A program made the position numbers and the translations under genes. A DNA stretch of 64,000 bases. Origin: Octopus sinensis (taxonomy: Eukaryota). Below the pieces are notes generated by a model. It was given only the letters and a program-made list of their open reading frames with translations, searched no databases and had not been told where the DNA came from. This document shows positions 1 through 13,639 of the stretch, piece after piece. The stretch is taken from NCBI RefSeq assembly GCF_006345805.1, contig NC_043005.1, positions 23,622,001 through 23,686,000 of the forward strand. Reading direction: 5' to 3'. Position 1 is the stretch's first letter. Every line of letters begins with the position of its first letter.

Positions 1-115
1 ACTGCTGCAATAAATGTGTGAATCGGAGAGGTGAATATGTTGAATAAAATCATAATTAACTAATTCTCCTGTGTTTTCTTTTACCCAAAGCCAGGAACTT
101 TTCAGCAGTTCCTCG
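1..115 (+). mobile_element. mariner 3'-end fragment
   Basis: Transposase C-terminus (..CVNRRGEYVE*) and terminal sequence ending cctcg; homologous to 59590-59698. Confidence 0.6.
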
Positions 116-123
116 GGTGTGTG

Positions 124-188
<65 letters not shown>

Positions 189-189
189 A

Positions 190-220
<31 letters not shown>

Positions 221-308
221 ATCGATCTATTTATTCTCCCTCAAAAGAAAAGCTCTACTTTGTAATTTGTCCCCTCTGTGTTCAGCCCTGTGTGGCTAAT
301 AAAGAAAC

Positions 309-339
<31 letters not shown>

Positions 340-411
340 TGTATGTATGTATGTATGTATGTATGTATGTATGTATGTATGTATGTATCTATCTATCTAT
401 CTATCTATCTG

Positions 412-1475
412 ATGGAATACATCAAATCAAAAACAAACATAACAGAAGATGACATAAAAACAAACAATCACCGATACACAACACCATCGGATCACATAAA
501 AATACTATATATCTCCAGAAATCTGCATCACATACTAAAAGGCATTTTGCCCAGTGCGGTTGGTAAATGCCAAAAATACCTCACAAAGAAACTTTACTGG
601 GATCTCCTCGAGGACAAACCGAAGGAGGAGAAAGCAAAAACTTTCGAGCAGTAAGTAACCCTCTGTTCCTTTCGCTTGTATTTTAATTCACTAGGCTTGT
701 GATCAAGATTGGTTGTGTAAATGCGCGTGGCTTGGGGTCCCCTTGGAAACAAGAGTACCTCTTCAATGACATAAAATCACACAAGTTAGAAATCATAGAC
801 ATAAGTGGGACCAGACTCCACAATCCGCGGGCCCTAAAGACCATGTTTGGCGGACAGTTCAACATTTATTTTCCCCCTTGTCTGCCGAAGGTGGGCGGTA
901 GTGGTACCGAGGTACTTTTTCGCAAGAGTCTGGATCTCAAAGTAAAGACAATATTCGTAGACCCCGGGGGGGGGGGGTAGACTGGTCGTCCTGGATGTCG
1001 ACGGCAGCAATGGGTGCGCTTTTCGACTCGTATCAGTCTACGCACCGCCTTTAACAGGTCGGGCGGATTTCTTTCAACGTCTAGAAGTATTCTTGGGAAC
1101 GTCTCGTCCTTTACTCTTTGTGGGGGATTGGAATGCTACCTTGGACACGCATGTAGACTACGTGGGCAGAGATAGGAATAGACGGGGATGCAAATGCCTC
1201 AGAGACCTGCTCAGACGCTTTCAACTGTCTGACAGGTACCGACCCGACCACCCGAATGCGCCAACGTGGACATGGAGCAACCGCATCGGGTCGTCGAGAT
1301 CGTATCTAGATAGGATACTGTGTAGGACAGTAGATAGAGATAACGTAGGATGTCCACAATTCCACATAGTCAACACCCGTTAAAAGGAGGGCTGGGCATG
1401 CCGTGGTTGATGATGCGCAGACACGCGCTGAGACTGCGACATCTACGGCTCTACGTGTGGCTAATAAAGAAACAT
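412..1475 (+). mobile_element. L1/Tx1-like non-LTR retrotransposon remnant (possible ORF1 end, APE endonuclease, RT deleted)
   Basis: ORF 699..980 KIGCVNARGL..; ORF 1093..1383 LFVGDWNATLD..WTWSN..RSYLDRIL (EEP motifs); frameshift at G-run 966-977; jumps at ~1370 to post-RT motif QHPLKGGLGMPWL..ALRL. Confidence 0.85.
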
Positions 1476-1559
1476 GTCTACCTGTCTCTGTCTGAACAGA
1501 GAATACGATACAGGAAATCAAACGCACAAGAGGACGAACGAGAAAGCCTTTTTATGTAC

Positions 1560-1606
1560 ATATTCATATACATACATATACATAGATACATATACATATA
1601 TATATA

Positions 1607-1644
<38 letters not shown>

Positions 1645-1684
1645 TGTATGTATGTATATATATATATGTATGTATATATATATG

Positions 1685-1737
<53 letters not shown>

Positions 1738-1907
1738 CATATATATATATATACATATATATACATATATATATATTACATAACATATATATATACATAT
1801 TATACATGCATATATATATATATATATATATTATATATGTATATGTATCTATATATGTATATATCTATATAAATATGTATGTATATATATATGTATGTTA
1901 ATATATG

Positions 1908-1940
<33 letters not shown>
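1560..1940. repeat. Compound (TA)n/(CATA)n microsatellite, representative of dozens in the window
   Basis: Direct inspection; similar (CTAT)n, (GTAT)n, (CA)n, (GA)n, (AAT)n and (CAT)n tracts explain most YI/HT/LS/poly-I ORFs in the track. Confidence 0.95.
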
Positions 1941-1941
<1 letters not shown>

Positions 1942-1943
<2 letters not shown>

Positions 1944-2800
1944 TTTCAACAATTGAGGGTAAAATTAATTAATTATTAATCAATTTCACCAAGTATTCAG
2001 TATGCAAAGGGACCATTTAAGGCGAATTCAAATTATTACATTATTAAAGGGCTTAGTAAAATAAATTACTTTGCCGCATACTGAACCATTAGAAATAGTA
2101 GCTAAAAAAAACTTTTTTAAAACTATTTCTAATACTTAAAGAAAACCTCTCTCTCATTAGTGTTTGCTCAATTCAACTCACGAAAGTATGGGGGTAAAGA
2201 CATTAAAAAATCAAATGCAAAGGTTATTTGGAACGTACGTTTCAAGATTAGTCAACTCGACATTTCTATCATCAGCTCAGAACTCCTTGGTTTGGATTTG
2301 AAAACACTGAAAGTGGGAGCATACCCTTTCGGCTTCTTATCGCTTCTGAAGATCTGCTCGAAACTAACAGTGCCAGCAAACTCAAATATGCAAGCGAAGA
2401 ATTTCTGCTCTCCCCTTTCCACCAGCGTGGGTTAAAATCAGTAAACACTATGCTTTTTTCGGTAAAATCCGAGGCATTAAATAGAGAGAGATGATTATAA
2501 TTTCAACAATTGGGGTAAAATTAATTAATTATTAATCAATTTCACCAAGTATTCAGTATGCAAAGGGACCATTTAAGGCGAATTCAATTATTACATTATA
2601 TAAAAGGGCTTAGTAAATAATAACCTTTGCATTTGATTTTTTAATGTCTTTACCCCCATACTTTCGTGAGTTGAATTGAGCAAACACTATATGAGAGAGG
2701 TTTTCTTTAAGTATTAGAAATAGTTTTAAAAAAGTTTTTTTTAGCTACTATTTCTAATGAGTTCGTATGCGGCAAAGTAATTTATTTTACTAAGCCCTTT
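1942..2800. repeat. Direct + inverted repeat arrangement resembling Penelope-like pseudo-LTRs
   Basis: ~1942-2065 repeated directly at ~2500-2615; ~2045-2228 repeated in reverse complement at ~2617-2800. Family assignment is inferred from architecture only. Confidence 0.6.
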
Positions 2801-2941
<141 letters not shown>

Positions 2942-3498
2942 ATATATATACATACATCTATATAATATATATATATAATATATTACATACATATGTACTC
3001 GGTTTAAGTAATTGAGATTCAAGTGAATTCTAATGAATTCACATGAATATGGTCCTTAACTAGGAAGCACCGGAAATCTGTATGGTGTTAACCATACGAC
3101 AAGTGGGGTGATTACAAATAGGAAAAAAGCAACAAGAATGGATTAAAATCTCGGTACAATTGTTTCGTACGAGGACATCTTTAATAAGCTACAAAAAATG
3201 CAGTAAATATAGATGGCTCGTACTCGTCAGCCGAAAAAACATCAGAGATTCCCAAACATCAAAAGGGGTAGATACAAATGAGGGTGTGAGTTTAACTGCA
3301 TTGAAGAAAGTTCGATTCCTGGAGATCCGATGAATGGTCTTGAACTTACAGAATTTGTGCATGTCCATATTGAATTGTTAATCAAGTTATGTGAAGAAAT
3401 TTTGGATACAATCGTGCGAAATTTCTGAGAATCCGAGTAAGAAGCAAAGTGACAGTCTTATCTTGTAGAGGAACAGGTTGTTATTGAAATTTACAAGA

Positions 3499-3570
<72 letters not shown>

Positions 3571-3769
3571 TATACATATATATACACATATATATACATA
3601 TAGATATATATATTATATATATATATATATACACATATATATACATATATATACACATATATATACATATATATACACATATATATACATATATATATAC
3701 ATATATATACATATATATATACATACATATATATATATATTATATATATACATATACATACATACATGC

Positions 3770-3800
<31 letters not shown>

Positions 3801-3845
3801 TATATTATGTATATATGTATGTATATGTATGTATATGAATATGTA

Positions 3846-4623
3846 TTCTCATGGCATCCAACAACATCAGAGACTTGGGAGTAACAGTGGACAACAACAT
3901 AAGCTGGGCTACACATATAAGCAGCAAAGTTGACATGGCCCACAGAATGTGTTCCTGGATTCTCAGAACCTTCCAGTCGAGAGATTCCCACACTATTATC
4001 CTTCTCTTCCCCACTTTTGCCCGACCCCACCTTGAATACTGCTGTCCACTGTGGTCTCCCTACACAAACAAATATTATGAGAATTGAAGCTCCCCAAAGG
4101 TCAATCACAAAAAAGATAGATGGCATGTCAGACCTTGACTACTGGGGTAGACTAGAGAAGCTGAAACTGTATTCACTCCAACGACGCCGTGAACGCTACA
4201 TTATCTGTATGATGTGGAAAATATTCCATCAGCACTGTCCGAATGATGTTGGCATCACCTTCAAAATACATCCAAGCTTGGACCACGTGCCATCCGTCCA
4301 CAACAAAAATCTAAATCGCATCACATAACGACAATACGGCACAACTATTTCACCTCAATTGGACCCGCTCTCTTCAACATTACACCAGGACACGTCAAAA
4401 AAGAAACTGACCACACAAAATTCAAGAAGTCTTTGGACAAATTCCTTCAAACAGTCTCGGACAAACCACCCACACCCGGATATGTCACCGCAAACAATAA
4501 CTCTCTGCTCGAATGGGCCTTGGTGCCCAAATCCTGAATTGAAAGACTTCGCCAGGTGGTGCTATTAAGTTAGACATGGCCTGGGCCAATACTGGCCAAA
4601 ACCTTTCTAAGTTATTCTAAGTT
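3846..4623 (+). mobile_element. CR1/L2-group LINE 3' fragment (RT C-terminus, frameshifted)
   Basis: [31 protein letters not shown] / QRSITKKIDGMSDLDYWGRLEKLKLYSLQRRRERY; ends in short repeat ctaagttattctaagtta. Confidence 0.88.
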
Positions 4624-5392
4624 ATATATATATATATACGACTTTCGTTGTAGTCTCGAGTCGACGTAAATTTTTTGAGTGAAATTGGGCAAACGGAAAT
4701 TGTTGATGCCTGCCAGTTGGATTGTACACGGAATTAAAAAATTCAGCCTGTTTCCACATATTGTGTCATGCTGACTCGTTAAAGAACTACGTTAAGAACA
4801 AATGTGTCTGTGGAGTACTCAGCCGCTTAAGCGCTGATTGAATGAGCAGATTGTATCATTGATCGGACAAACGGACGCTCATCGGGGAAATCGACGGATA
4901 AATATGTGTGTGTATGTGTATGAGTATATGTGTACATTTGTGCACGTTAGGGTTGTTGGCATCCTTTTTGTCTCGGGAGACAATGGAGTTGCGCATAAAA
5001 TAGTCCAGTTTGGCTTTTACATTTCATGTCCTGATACATTTCCTGCTGTGGCTGTGTAGTCCTATCCTGGACAAACACTCCCTCTGTTAGGGTATTGCAC
5101 TTATAATCACTAGGTCTTGGTTTCGATTCCTGGATTGGGTAGCTCGTTGTGTTCTTGAGCAAAATATTTCATCTCACGCTGCTCTGCGATCACTTCGACA
5201 CCTGACGCGTGGCACACCGTGCACCTGTTCAGATATCGTTGATTCGATGGAAAGAATGAGTTAATACATTTGGTTATCATAAACAAATTTACGCAACGAG
5301 TTCAGAAAAAAAACCTCAGAACCCCCCCCCCCCAAAAAAAAACAAATACAAAAATTGAACATTCAAACGTCATCTTTGAAAGAGATTCCATC

Positions 5393-5433
<41 letters not shown>

Positions 5434-6196
5434 AAGTTTAATGTCAAAATTCTGAATATTGATTTTTTTTTCTTGCAAAGCAAATGGGTTTTTAAACGAA
5501 TTTAATTTAAAATGTAATAGTGATAATTTGAGCAATTAATATTTTTTTAAAAGTGAAGCTGGTGATTAGTTTAATTGCAAATGTTAATGAAGTTGCTCTC
5601 TGGATCCATATTCTTCTTATAGAACGTGGCGAAAATAGCAATTTGCCAATTGTATTCATTTAAAATAACTATAGATGTTTTCCTTTTAAAAATATAAAAT
5701 GCAAACCAAATTCATTAGTGTATGCTATGCAACAATAAATTTTTATGGTTAAATGAATAGAAGATTAATGTAGTGCTTAATAAGCATTGACCTGTTATCT
5801 GAGGGAATATTTATGAAATGGCTTATGTAAATACATACATTCAGGCTCTGCCAAAGGTGGTACAGTAATGTAAAGATGCAATCCAAATTTTGCAAGAATT
5901 ACGATTTACGATTGAACATTTGTAGAAAAACAAAAAAACAAGCAAAAACATCGCAAATGATTCTGCATGATTTTATGGAGAGTTGACATCATCTGATCTT
6001 TTACGCTTAATATGTATCCCTCATTGGAGCGTGACCATGCTGGGGTACCACCTTCAAGAGTTTCATAGAACAATAAACACTCCAGTATTTATTGTTTTCT
6101 AAAGTGTAGTACTTATTCCATGGGAATCTTTTGCCAAACTGCTAATTTACAGAGACATATAGAAACCAGCACCGTTTGTCAAGCGATGGGTGGAGG

Positions 6197-6233
<37 letters not shown>

Positions 6234-6311
6234 AACACAATCACACACCCGCACACGCACACATACATACACATATATACACATATATACAGGAGTATAT
6301 ATAATAAATAT

Positions 6312-7598
6312 ACACAGGACAAAATAATGGAAACACCTAGCATCATAGCATCATAATATTGAAATATCTATAAAACCGCCAAAAGCTTGTTTTTTTTTTT
6401 TTTTTTTTTTGATTTATTATTAGTGTTGCTTAATAGGCTTTGCTAAAATTGCTGTTTCTTTTCAGATACCATAAGAAAAGGGTAATTAAAATTCATTAAA
6501 ATGACAGATCTATCGGATTTTCAAAGAGGTCAAGTTGTTGGTGCTCGTATGGCAGGCGCTAGCGTAACGAAAACAGCCGAAATGTTTGGTGTGTCGAGAA
6601 GTACTGTCTCGAAGGTAATGACAGCCTTTGAGAAACATGGAAAAGCCTCCTCGTCGAAACAAAACGTCCGGAAGAAAACCAAAACTTTCAGATAGGGACT
6701 GTCGGACTCTTACGCAAATTGTTAGAAAGGATTACAAAAGTACAGCCTCCAGAATTACTGCAGAGCTTAATGACCACCTCGAGATCCCAGTTTCTACAAA
6801 AACTGTTTGCCGGAAGCTGCACAAAGCCGGATTGCACGGGAGGGCTGCAATCAGAAAACCATTACTTTCAAGAACAAACATTGCAAAGTGTTTAGAGTGG
6901 AGTAAAAATCTACAGAATTGATCGTTAGAGCAGTGGAAGAATGCTATTTTCTCGGACGAGTCGTCCTTTACCTTATTTCCGACCTCTGGCCGATTATACG
7001 TGTGGAGACAGCCAAAAGAAGCATTTGACCCAGACTGCCTTCTTCCAACTGTTTAACATGCAGGAGGATCTGTGATGAGCTGGCGGGGGCTATATCTTGG
7101 AAATCCGCCGGCCCAATGGTTTCCCTTCATGACAGAATTAATAGTCAAGTCTATTTAAGCATTTTATCTGATCAAATTCATCCTATGGTTGTGGAACTGT
7201 TTCCAGAGGGAAACGCAATCTTTCAGGATGATAATGCACCAATTCACACCGCTAAATTTGTTATTGAATGGCACGAGGAATATTCTAATGAAGTTGAACA
7301 TCTTATCTGGCCACCACAGTCACCACATCTCAATATTATTGAACATTTATGGTGCATTTTAGAAAAAAACAAAAAACAAAAACAAGTAAGGAGTCGATAT
7401 CCTCACCATCATCACTACAAGAACTGGAGACTGTATTAGCTGAAGAATGGACAAAAATTCATTTGGAAACAATTCAAACTTCGTAGGAGTTCATAACTTG
7501 TAGAATTCAAGCTGTAATTACTGCCAAAGGCGGTCCTATCCCAAATTAAAATAAATTTGTTTGAAATTTTAAGGTGTTTCCATCATTTTGTCCGACCC

Positions 7599-7601
<3 letters not shown>
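6312..7601 (+). mobile_element. Tc1-family DNA transposon, near full length, defective
   Basis: HTH MTDLSDFQRGQVVGARMAG.., GRKPKLS, FSDES, QDDNAPIH..WPPQSPHLNIIEHLW; TIR core ggacaaaat(a/g)atggaaacacct at 6317-6338 and inverted at 7572-7593, right end followed by TA; stops and frameshifts. Confidence 0.92.
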
Positions 7602-7681
<80 letters not shown>

Positions 7682-7760
7682 ATTGCAGCGTGGAAGGTGT
7701 TTATAAGCCATTTAAGAAACACACAAAAACCGTTAGATTCACTTCAACATTTAAATTTAA

Positions 7761-7811
7761 TTTGTCAAAATATTTTCGTCGCTTTGAGACTGCGACCTCT
7801 TCACCGACAAA
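7761..7811 (-). ncRNA. Hammerhead motif, family H3
   Basis: Minus strand UUUGUCG GUGAAGA G GUCGC-AGUCUCAAA-GCGAC GAA AAUAUU U^ UGACAAA: 7-bp stem I, 5-bp stem II, palindromic helix III AAUAUU; C3->G core mutation. Confidence 0.55.
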
Positions 7812-8346
7812 ACTGATGTCGTTTGTAACACTCTCCAGTTAAAAACAAACAATTGATTTTCCTTGTGAACGGATAGAGTCACTAAAATAGATACGAAGAC
7901 GGAACTAACAAAGATACATAGAATCTGTTTGTATTAATATTTGGGATTTCCTGTGATAGAAAAAAAAAATCTTAGAAACAAAAAACAAGTAAAAACCTAT
8001 CCCAGAAAACAGCTTCTGTAATTTAGTTGTTGGAAATATAACATAAACAATCTCTTACATATACCGGACTGACGTATAAACGTGTGCGCGCGTGCGTGTG
8101 TAAGTATACATCCATCTACACACACACACACACACACATTTATATATTTGTGTGTGTGTGTGTGTGTATAAGCGTGTATATATATGTGTGTGTATTTCAA
8201 ACACTTGACGTAATTATGTATAAACATTTGTCTATATCTGTATTTATGCACTCATACACACACAAATACACTAAACAATGTGTGTGTGTGTGTATATATA
8301 TAAATATAGATGATTACTTCTACTAGATATATTGGTTCATTTCGTG

Positions 8347-8431
8347 ATGTACTTTTGGCAATTTCAGATCATCCAATTACTCTTGCTGCCAGCGTTTATA
8401 CTCACTTTGCAGGGAAACAGAGATACAAACA
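8347..8431 (+). CDS. SRCR gene 1, putative exon 1 (signal peptide)
   Basis: ATG at 8347 reads MYFWQFQIIQLLLLPAFILTLQGNRDTN + A, then donor gtaaga at 8432. Hydrophobic core fits a signal peptide. Phase 1 joins in frame to exon 16190 (A+GT = Ser, then LVRLIGG). Not in the ORF track; the internal tttcag at ~8361-8367 could alternatively be an acceptor. Confidence 0.65.
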
Positions 8432-8449
8432 GTAAGAAATGAACAATTT

Positions 8450-8504
<55 letters not shown>

Positions 8505-8562
8505 ACCTGCCTGCCTGCCTGCCTGCCTGCCTACCTACAAGCCTACCTACATTCATACCTAC

Positions 8563-8643
<81 letters not shown>

Positions 8644-8644
8644 A

Positions 8645-8680
<36 letters not shown>

Positions 8681-8979
8681 GCCTCTCCCTTTCACTTTCT
8701 CTTATACGTATGTATGCATGCATGTGTGTGTATGAATGTATGTATGTTTGTGTATATGTATGTATCTATGCATGTTAATTGTCCTGTACTCCATTTTTTG
8801 TTGTTTTTAAAAAAATGTCCAGTTCCTTTGGTTTGTGTCTTGTTTTCGTTTCTCTTTGTGTTCGACGTCCCTTTGGTGTCCTGTACTCATATATGCGTGT
8901 ATATGTACATGTAGAGGTAGGTACGTACATATATGTTTATATATATGCATATGTTTTATTTCATTTATTAATATATGTG

Positions 8980-9013
<34 letters not shown>

Positions 9014-9454
9014 TGTATGTCATCCAGTTTAATTCAAGATTTCTTGACAAGAGAGAAAGAACCGCTTTCTAACCTAGATCCAAGTTTCCTTTATTGGAAT
9101 TTCAACATCAACAGAGTATTTTTGTATGTATGTATGTATATGTGCAGATTTGTATGTATTCTAGTGCATATAGTTGCATATCTAGACATACTCAAATGTA
9201 TTTAAAAGCTAAACTTCTGGAAAGTTTTACAGAGTTTTACAGTTTCAATGATGGATGGATCTGTAGTCTTCGGATCAGCTTTCCCTTTTCTGATTTTGAA
9301 AGGCCTGTGCGTGTGTATGTACGTATGTATGTATGTATGTATGTATGTATGTCTGTATGTATGTATGTATGTATGTATGCATGTATGCATGTATGTATGT
9401 ATGTATGTATGTATGTATGTATGTATGTATGTATGTATGTATGTATGTATCTTG

Positions 9455-9925
9455 TTTCAGTCATCAGTCTGCGGCCATGCTGGTGCACCGGCTTGAAGAA
9501 TTTTTAGTTGAATGAATTGACCCCAGTACTTTTTTTAAAGGCTGGTACTTATTCTATATCGGTGCATGTTGCCGAACCCCTAATTTATGGGGACGTAAAC
9601 AAACCACCACCGGTTGTCAAGTGGTGATGGGGGACAAACACACACACACACAAAACACATACACACACAAACAAACACATGCACTCACACACACACACAC
9701 AAACACCTCACACACACGAACCCCTCCACGCACACACATATACCCATCCACATCCACACACACGCACACACACATGCACTCCGCACACACGCACACAAAC
9801 ATACACGCACACCCACCCACGAACACCCCCACACCAAAATCCCCCCCTACACACACACACGATGAGCTTCCTTCAGTTACTGTCTACCAAATCTACTCAC
9901 AAGGCTTTGGTAAAAGGCACTGGCC
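9455..9925 (-). mobile_element. SINE family A (head truncated)
   Basis: tttcagtcat..tgcggccatgctgg..acttattctatcgg..ggggacgtaaac, internal CA-rich tract, ctactcacaaggctttgg. Confidence 0.75.
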
Positions 9926-11091
9926 CAGAGGTGAGTGTGTGTGCGTGTGTGCAGGTGTGTGTGTGTGCGTGTGTGTGTGTGTGTATTCACACACATCCAA
10001 GTCCAAGATCATCAAATTCACTGTACAAGTTCAATTTTAAGTGACAGTCAACTTACAATGCTGACTCCCATTGCCAAGTCAGTGCAGCAATGATTAGAAC
10101 GGCATACATGCCATGCAACGAGGGACATCTTAACAGCCTTATGAGGGTCTTGGTCAAAGCAATGCACTGTGACCCTTCCTCTATCTATTGCCAATAAACC
10201 ACAGGCCACAGCACACACAGATTAAGCATTGGGCACTAAACCCGTAGGGCCTAGAGCAGCGTTTATCAAACTGTGGGTCTCGACAAAAAAGAAGGAAATA
10301 GAAGAAACGCAAGTGGGTGCAAAGTGCAGAATATCCAGCTTCACGAGGCTCCGGCAGGGGGTGGGTGGTGAGCCCTGCTGTTCTCTTTCACCACAACTTT
10401 CTCTCACTTATTCTTCCTGTATTTCAAAGGGCTAGCCCTGCCACATTCTGTGTCACGCTGAATCTCCCCGAGAACTACGCCAAGGGTACACGTGTTTGTG
10501 GGGTGCTCAGCCACTTGCACGTTAATTTCACGAGCAGGCTGTTCCGTTGATCGGATTAACTGGAACCCTCGTCGTCGTAACCGACGGAGTGTCACAAAAA
10601 AAAAAAAAATATTTAGTCGATGGCACAATAGAACCAAAATCAATTATGGTGATAATCAACTTTGGCAATTGTTGACTGAGTAAGCAATGCCTATTTACAT
10701 TACAAAAATTAACTCCTATCTTCGTTGCAGCCTTAACGATAGTATCGAAATTTAGTTGACAAATCGTTTCCGGCTGCCACTATGGGAAATAAAATTGGTT
10801 TTCGATGGTTGTAAAACAAGACGCATTCTGCACAATTTTGACAATTAAAAATGGTTTTTCGCTATGGACGTGTTAATAACAAATAACGAAGTTGATTTTC
10901 AACCACATAAAACAACAATCGTGACTGGTCAGTTGTTTTATCGGGGCGTGATATGCAAATTATACATTTGTTACGATACTGTTGATTGGTTAAGATATCT
11001 ACGAAAATAAGGAATAAAAAAAATAATAGGAAATTTTTTGGTTTCTACACATTAACGTGCAGTTTTTGTTGATGGGGATAGTCAAATTGTG

Positions 11092-11228
<137 letters not shown>

Positions 11229-11284
11229 CACGTATAAATTAAATTGTCCTCACTGTTGTTAAACAAAACAAATTAAAGCTGGAC

Positions 11285-11346
<62 letters not shown>

Positions 11347-11447
11347 TATATATATATACACGTGATAGATTATATATTTGTGTGCACAAACACATATGTG
11401 CACTATACGTGTATATATGTGACATGTATATATTGTATATATATATA

Positions 11448-12692
11448 TCAGGCTAAGTTAAATGTAAGCAACGCTTTGAAATATGAAATTCATCACAATA
11501 TATTTCAACAATGCAGGAATTTTATTCTTCAAAGTATGCACCATTACAATCAACACGTTTTTGTCAACGAGTTCTGAACTCTTTGAACTCTTTGAACGCA
11601 TTTTCAGCATCGGTTTGACTTTTGAACTCCTTCAGGAAACCATCAAGGTGCTTGAAAAAGTGGTAGTCGGTAGGAGAAAGGTCTGGGGAATAAGCTGGGT
11701 GGAGAAGGACTTAGTAGCCAAGTTCCCTCAACTTCTGGAGCGTCAGTAGTGAAACGTGTGGTGAGTATTGTCATGAAGAATGATTGGCCCTCTTCTGTTG
11801 AATAGTCTGGGACGGAGTAGCAGTTTTTCTTTCATTTTGGCAATTTCATGGTAATATGTTTTTTCAGTAATGGTGTTTCCGGGTTTTAAGAAGTGGATGA
11901 ATCCAGCAGTACACCATCAAACAGTCACCATAATCTTCTTATTGAAGAGCTCGAGGTTAGGGAAGGTTTTCGGTGCTTCACTTTGGTCCAACCACTGCGA
12001 AGAACGTTTTTAGCTATTGTACAGAATCCACTTTTCATCACAAGTTACAATACGGTCGAAAAACGGATCGGTCTGGTTACGGAGAAGAAGCGGCGAGCAA
12101 ATTTCATATCCGTGTATTTTATGATTTTCATTCAAATCGTGTGGTACCCATTTGTCGAGCTTTTTTGATTTTCCGATCTCATGCAAATGGTTGCAGACAG
12201 TTTTCCGGCTAACTTGAAGTTCTTTTGCCAGTTCGCAAGTGGTTTTACGTAGATCTTTCTTAATGACAGTCTTTAATTGACCGTCATCGATGACAGATAA
12301 GCGTCCACAACACTCACGATCTTCAAGGCTCAGATCTCCACTGCGAAATCGTTTAAATCATTTTCGAGCTGACCACTCACTGGTTATTTCCTCAACAAAC
12401 GTTTCGTTGATATCGCGAGCAGTTTCAGCTGCTTTACGTCCTTTTTTGAAGTTGAATAGCAAAATTGCTGGAATATCGCGCTTTGAGAGTTCCATTTCAG
12501 ATGGCTGTAACAACGGTGAAAAAAATATCAATGTTAATTTATTGATGCATTTGGGCAAGTCTATGTCTGTATTAACAGACAATTGAAAAAAGATATTTGA
12601 AAAAAACATCTTTTGAAAAAAGATGTTCAAAACTCTGCAAAAATCCTGTACAAATTAGGTTCAAAACGTTGCTTATTTTTTACTCAACCTGA
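11448..12692 (-). mobile_element. mariner-family transposon, full length (1245 bp), defective
   Basis: Imperfect TIRs tcaggctaagttaaatgtaagcaacg / cgttgcttattttttactcaacctga with TA on both sides; minus strand MELSKRDIPAILLFNFKKGRKAAETARDIN.., KWVPHDL, VTCDEKWILY, ILHDN; lies in intron 1 of the SRCR gene. Confidence 0.9.
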
Positions 12693-12699
12693 TATCACG

Positions 12700-13070
12700 A
12701 TATCGACCAGATTATTTGATGTTGTTATACATCGCCGGTTACAATGCGCTTCGCATTGTTTTAGCTTTCGAATGATGCAACTCTGCCGGTCAGGCGGGCA
12801 GGCCAAAAATTTCTTTGAACGGAACACCAGTCTATTGTGTAGGGTTATCAATTAACGGCTGAATGGACGGAGGCAACATAAAATGAAGTCTTCTTATTCA
12901 AGAACACAACCCACGACTAATCTGTTACCTATTCACAGCTGACCAGTCTGGGGGAAACGTTGAAATGAAGAGTTTTGCTCAAGAGCACAACGCATCGCTC
13001 GACCTGGGACTCGAAACCACGATCACGCAATCGTGAGTGCAACACTCTAACCTCTAGGTCACGCGCCTTC
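12700..13070 (-). mobile_element. SINE family C pieces
   Basis: Body shared with 23770-23900 and 30775-30920; tRNA-like head at ~12960-13070. Confidence 0.65.
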
Positions 13071-13639
13071 GCGCACACGATCGCACGCACGCACCCACCG
13101 CACTTACACACGTACACACACACACGCATGTGCGCACACACACAATCTTCTACGCCCCTTTCTTACCACTTTATAACCACCTAATCACTTTCTCTCTCCC
13201 ACTCTCTTTCTCTCTCTCTCACTCTATTTCTCTCTCTCACTCCTTTTCTTTCTCTCACTCTCTCTCTCTCTCTCTCTCACTCCCTTTCTCTCTCTCACTC
13301 CCTTTCTCTCTCTCATTACCTTTTCCATCGCTGTATCTCTGTTACTCTAACGCTATTGACATCGCCGTTTCCCATTCTCTGTCTCCCGTTCTTTCGTCTT
13401 TTGGAAAGTAATATAAAAACTAATTCTAAGACATGGCATCGCAAGGAACGGTTTTAGCAGAACACTTGATTAATGTAAGCTTGCAGACGACTTCATTTCA
13501 ACTTCTGAAAATGACATTTTCAGTTGATTTGAATTTATTTAAGCGAGAAGCTAAATTCGGTGCATGTTAATTTAAATTACGGCAATGGCAAGACTTCAGA
13601 TGAAAAAAAAAAGGCAATAAACAAAAGCAAACCAGTTTC

